A DNA stretch of 64,000 bases from Verrucomicrobiaceae bacterium. Lineage in GTDB: Bacteria > Verrucomicrobiota > Verrucomicrobiia > Verrucomicrobiales > Akkermansiaceae. Shown here in pieces: positions 60,792-64,000 of the stretch (within the stretch, counting starts at the first letter, position 1; every line of letters begins with the position of its first letter). The notes below the pieces were generated by a model, which was given only the letters and a program-made list of their open reading frames with translations, was not told where the DNA came from and ran no database searches. Made by a program: the position numbers and the translations under genes. Where the stretch lies: assembly GCA_051252135.1 (NCBI GenBank), contig JBPOGH010000005.1, positions 128,001 to 192,000 on the forward strand, written 5' to 3'.

Positions 60792-61907
60792 ATGCCGCTC
60801 ACTTCGGAGGAAGACGCCCGCTACTCCCGCCAGACCATTCTCCCCGAGATCGGTCCCGCCGGACAGGAACGTCTCCAAAACGCCTCCATCCTCTGCATTG
60901 GCACCGGAGGCCTCGGCTCACCCGCCGTCACCTACCTCGCCGCCGCCGGAGTCGGCCACATCGGACTCATCGATCCCGACCTCGTCGACCTCACCAACCT
61001 CCACCGCCAGATCCTTCACGATACCGCCCACGTCGGCACCCCAAAGCTCACCAGCGCCCGCGCTCGCATCAACGCCCTCAACCCCCACGTCAAAATCACA
61101 GAGCACCCCGGCAAGTTCACCGCCGCCAACAGCCTCGACCTCCTCAAGGACTACGACCTCCTCCTCGATGGCTCCGATAACTTCCCCACCCGCTTCGCCG
61201 CAAACGACGCCGCCGTCCTCTCTAAAAAACCCCTCATCCACGGAGCCATCCATCAATTCGAAGGACAAGTCACCGTCTTCGCCCCCCACCTCGGCGGCCC
61301 CTGCTACCGCTGCCTCCTCCCCGAACCTCCCCCGCCCGGCACCGTCCCCACCTGAGCCGAAGCCGGCGTCCTGGGCGTGCTCCCGGGAATCATTGGTTCA
61401 CTTCAGGCCATGGAGGCCATCAAACTCCTCCTCCACCTCGGCTCCCCTCCCCTCGGACGCCTCATCCACTACCGCGCCCTCGACACCTCCTTCCGCGAAC
61501 TTAAAATCAAACCCGACCCCGCCTGCCCGCTCTGCGGAACCAACCCCACCATCACCGCCCCCGTGGCCTACTCAGACACCTGCGATATGAATAACGACGG
61601 ACTCCCCGAAATCTCCACCCAAGAACTCCGCAACATCCTTGCCAATGGCTTCGATGGCATCCTCCTCGATGTCCGCGAGCAAGACGAATTCTTCATGGCC
61701 CACATCGAGGGCAGCCAACTCCTCCCCCTCTCCGGATGGCCCGCCGTCGCCGCCAACCTCCCCAAGGACACCAAATACTACGTCCACTGCGCCAAAGGCA
61801 TGCGCAGCGCCCGCGCCGGCATGTGGATGCTCCAAAACGGCTTCACCGATGTCACCAACGTCGCCGGCGGCATGGACGCCTGGCTCCAGGACGAGGCCGC
61901 CCTCTAA
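60792..61907 (+). CDS. moeB: MoeB/MoeZ-type adenylyltransferase-rhodanese fusion; candidate selenoprotein (in-frame TGA at 61353-61355)
   Basis: RYSRQ, GTGGLGSP, TNLHRQ, CYRC, then PPPGTVPT-[TGA]-AEAGVLGVLPG, CPLC and rhodanese HCAKGMRS. ORFs 60792..61355 and 61377..61907 share one frame. Confidence 0.85.
61369..61388 (+). other. Candidate bacterial SECIS hairpin
   Basis: TCCTGGG-[CGTGCT]-CCCGGGA, 7-bp stem with one G-U; loop begins 20 nt after the TGA and has GU at positions 2-3. Confidence 0.6.
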
Positions 61908-63697
61908 ACCTCCGCCGCATTCTGCTGCCGCGTGATATCATTTAAGGTAATCACCCCCACCAGCCTCCTCGGGTCCACCGCGCTCACCACCGGAGCCTGC
62001 TGATAATCATTCTCGATCAATCGATTCGCCGCATCCCGAATCGACACATCAGGCGTAAAGGTCATCAGCACCTGCTCGTCCACAATCTCCGCAATCTTCG
62101 TCTCCGGGGTCGACACCTGAAGCTCCCCCCGCGTCACCAGTCCGCAAAGCCCCCCGTCTTCCGCCACCACCGGATAAGAATGCTTCTGCAAATTACGGCG
62201 CCGTAACTCCGTCCGCGTCTGACTCACATTCGCCTCCAGCGGAATCGTCTCCACATCATGGGTCATGATCGCCGCAATCGGCAGCTGCGCGTAATCCTGC
62301 CCGCCCCGATAACTCGGCATCCGCTTCAAGGAAATCCCGTCCTGCATCAGCAGCGCATCGTAAATCGGCGTCCGCTGCAGCCGCGTCGCAATCCCCCACG
62401 CCAGCAAATTCCCCCCCATGATCGGCAGAATCAGCGAATAATTCCCCGTCATCTCAAAGATCATGATCAGGGACGTCAGCGGATTCCTGATCACCGCCCC
62501 AAAAAGAGCCCCCATCCCCAACAACACACATCCCCCGATCACCTCCTGATCACCCGGATATCCCGGAATCGGCACCGCCCCATTCAAAGCCGCCATCCCA
62601 AACCCCATCATCCCCCCAATCATCCCGCCCAAAAATAAGGTCGGCGAAAACAAACCGCCCGACCCTCCCGTCGCATAGTTCACCACCACCGCCAATCCCT
62701 TCAACACGAACAGCACCGCCAGTATCCCAATCGCCAGCTTCGCCTCAAAGGCCAGCTCCAGACTGTCATAACCCACCGAAAACACATCGTGCGACGCCTC
62801 CCCCAGCAAGCCCGTAAAATACCACCCCGCCAACCCAAGACACCCCATCGCCAATCCCCCCGCCGCCGGACGAATCCACACCGGAACCGCCTCCCTCTCC
62901 CTCACCCACCCGCGCAACCCCACAATCGACGCCGTAAATGCCGTCCCAAACAACCCCGCCACCAAGCCCAACGGCAACGCCACCAACATCCAAAGCGACG
63001 TATGGTAATCCGGCGACAGGTGCGTATTCACGATCGGATTCTCTCCCAATATCATCCGCGACGTCGCCGCCGCAATCACCACCGCCACCGCAATCCCCCC
63101 CAACGCCTTCATCGAAAACCCATCCATCAACTCCTCAAAAACAAACATGATCGCCGCAATCGGCGCATTAAATGCCGCCGCCACACCTCCCGCCACCCCC
63201 ACCGGCACCAACGCCTGCTGCCGCTGCCGGTCCCGAAACCCCCAACGCCCGATCCGCGAGCCAATCGCCGCCGACACATGCACCGTCGGCCCCTCCCGCC
63301 CCAAACTGTTTCCCAGTCCCACATACAGCGTTCCCAAAACAAACCGCCAAAAACCATCCCGCGCCGAAATCTTCCCCCCATTGTTGAAATACGCCGCCTT
63401 CGTCTGCGGAATCCCGCTTCCCGCCGAGTTCGGCGAAAGATACTTCACCCCCAACCCCACCGCCAACCCTCCCAACGTCGGCGCCAACAACATCACCGCA
63501 ACAAACCCTCCCGGATTCATCCTCTCCGCCAAACGCCACACCTGGTCAAAAAGACCATGAATCGCAAAGTGAAAAGCCACCGCCACCAACCCGCACAACA
63601 ACCCGCACACCACGCAAAACACCATGAACCGCTGACCCACATCCAGCCGCGCCCGCAAGCGGTCGGCCAAGGTGCGGGAACGGGATCGGAGCGACAT
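61904..63697 (-). CDS. ClC family chloride channel/H+ antiporter with CBS pair
   Basis: GSGIP, GREGP, FNAP, FVFEE, GGLFSP, EMT; C-terminal CBS domains. Confidence 0.92.
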   Translation of the reverse strand: MSLRSRSRTLADRLRARLDVGQRFMVFCVVCGLLCGLVAVAFHFAIHGLFDQVWRLAERMNPGGFVAVMLLAPTLGGLAVGLGVKYLSPNSAGSGIPQTKAAYFNNGGKISARDGFWRFVLGTLYVGLGNSLGREGPTVHVSAAIGSRIGRWGFRDRQRQQALVPVGVAGGVAAAFNAPIAAIMFVFEELMDGFSMKALGGIAVAVVIAAATSRMILGENPIVNTHLSPDYHTSLWMLVALPLGLVAGLFGTAFTASIVGLRGWVREREAVPVWIRPAAGGLAMGCLGLAGWYFTGLLGEASHDVFSVGYDSLELAFEAKLAIGILAVLFVLKGLAVVVNYATGGSGGLFSPTLFLGGMIGGMMGFGMAALNGAVPIPGYPGDQEVIGGCVLLGMGALFGAVIRNPLTSLIMIFEMTGNYSLILPIMGGNLLAWGIATRLQRTPIYDALLMQDGISLKRMPSYRGGQDYAQLPIAAIMTHDVETIPLEANVSQTRTELRRRNLQKHSYPVVAEDGGLCGLVTRGELQVSTPETKIAEIVDEQVLMTFTPDVSIRDAANRLIENDYQQAPVVSAVDPRRLVGVITLNDITRQQNAAEV

Positions 63698-63751
63698 GGG
63701 AAACAACCCGCTCCCCTTGCGCCCTTATCGCATCATATTCAAGCCCGTAAC

Positions 63752-63788
63752 AAAAAACGACCGCTCCTTTTCAGGAACGGTCGTCTTT
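63752..63788 (-). terminator. Intrinsic terminator after rplQ
   Basis: AAAAAACGACCG-CTCCT...AGGAA-CGGTCGT hairpin; T run on the minus strand. Confidence 0.75.
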
Positions 63789-63815
63789 AAATCTAAATGA
63801 AATGACAGAAGGATT

Positions 63816-64000
63816 CTACTCCTCGCCTGCCTCTTCAATATCCTCGATACCGGGATCAGCAAGGTTCTCAAGGTCGACCCACTCGATGAATGCCATCTGG
63901 GCGGAGTCGGTCATGCGGGCACCCAGCTTGGTGATCCGGGTGTAACCACCGGGGCGATCACCTACTGCGGGAGCCACTTCGCCAAAGAGGCGGCTCACTG
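63816..64000 (-). CDS. rplQ: 50S ribosomal protein L17, C-terminal part (5' end outside window)
   Basis: LFGEVAP...[24 protein letters not shown]. Confidence 0.93.
   Translation of the reverse strand, partial: VSRLFGEVAPAVGDRPGGYTRITKLGARMTDSAQMAFIEWVDLENLADPGIEDIEEAGEE

Noticed and set aside
43291..61907. Genome-wide reassignment of UGA to Trp or Gly (codes 4/25)
   Set aside because: TGA ends many complete genes here, RF2 is present with its UGA-dependent frameshift, and TGG is used for Trp. Only Cys-type positions appear to be read through.
60792..61907. moeB as a nonsense pseudogene or as two separate genes
   Set aside because: The single stop falls exactly on the conserved catalytic Cys column, both halves are intact and in frame, and a hairpin follows. 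Not formally excluded without read data.
128..63790. Many long overlapping or antisense ORFs rich in P/S/T or G/E/V (e.g. 3999..4991, 9829..10854, 46379..47935, 62789..63790)
   Set aside because: Shadows of real genes; the extreme codon bias removes stop codons from alternate frames, and they carry no recognisable motifs.
1..64000. tRNA (including tRNA-Sec), rRNA, prophage or integrase
   Set aside because: No cloverleaf, rRNA-like sequence, or phage or integrase genes were recognised by eye; intergenic gaps are mostly short. A covariance search would be needed to be certain.

Overview
A 64-kb bacterial chromosome segment with about 55 genes, mostly housekeeping (ruvB, fabI, hisA, serS, dnaE, dinB, pheT, deoA, recO, prfB, ppc, nadK, rplQ, rpmJ). 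A Verrucomicrobiota/PVC origin is inferred from the gene repertoire: a sulfatase and FGE-family protein, GYF and SHD1 domains, lamin-tail exoproteins and a GSDH-cytochrome c fusion. The most striking signal is two unrelated genes that each carry an in-frame TGA at a cysteine-type position. One is a secreted thioredoxin-like/SHD1 protein with a U-V-A-C motif (43291-43968); the other is a MoeB-rhodanese fusion with TGA at the catalytic Cys (60792-61907). Both TGAs sit in the context CCACC-TGA-G and are followed 20-22 nt later by a hairpin with a GUG-containing loop, which fits selenocysteine recoding with bacterial SECIS elements. The ORF track splits or truncates both genes. The window also holds the classical prfB +1 frameshift, a REP-flanked RAYT transposase, and a porin/FMN-binding/PepSY/ApbE flavinylation cluster with a Fur-like operator next to vapBC and exbBD-tonB. 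Further observations are three paralogous envelope proteins sharing one C-terminal domain, a histone-H1-like gene with a sigma54-type promoter, many promoter-like hexamers abutting start codons (leaderless-like), and extreme C-over-G strand skew. All calls come from reading the sequence; no searches were run.
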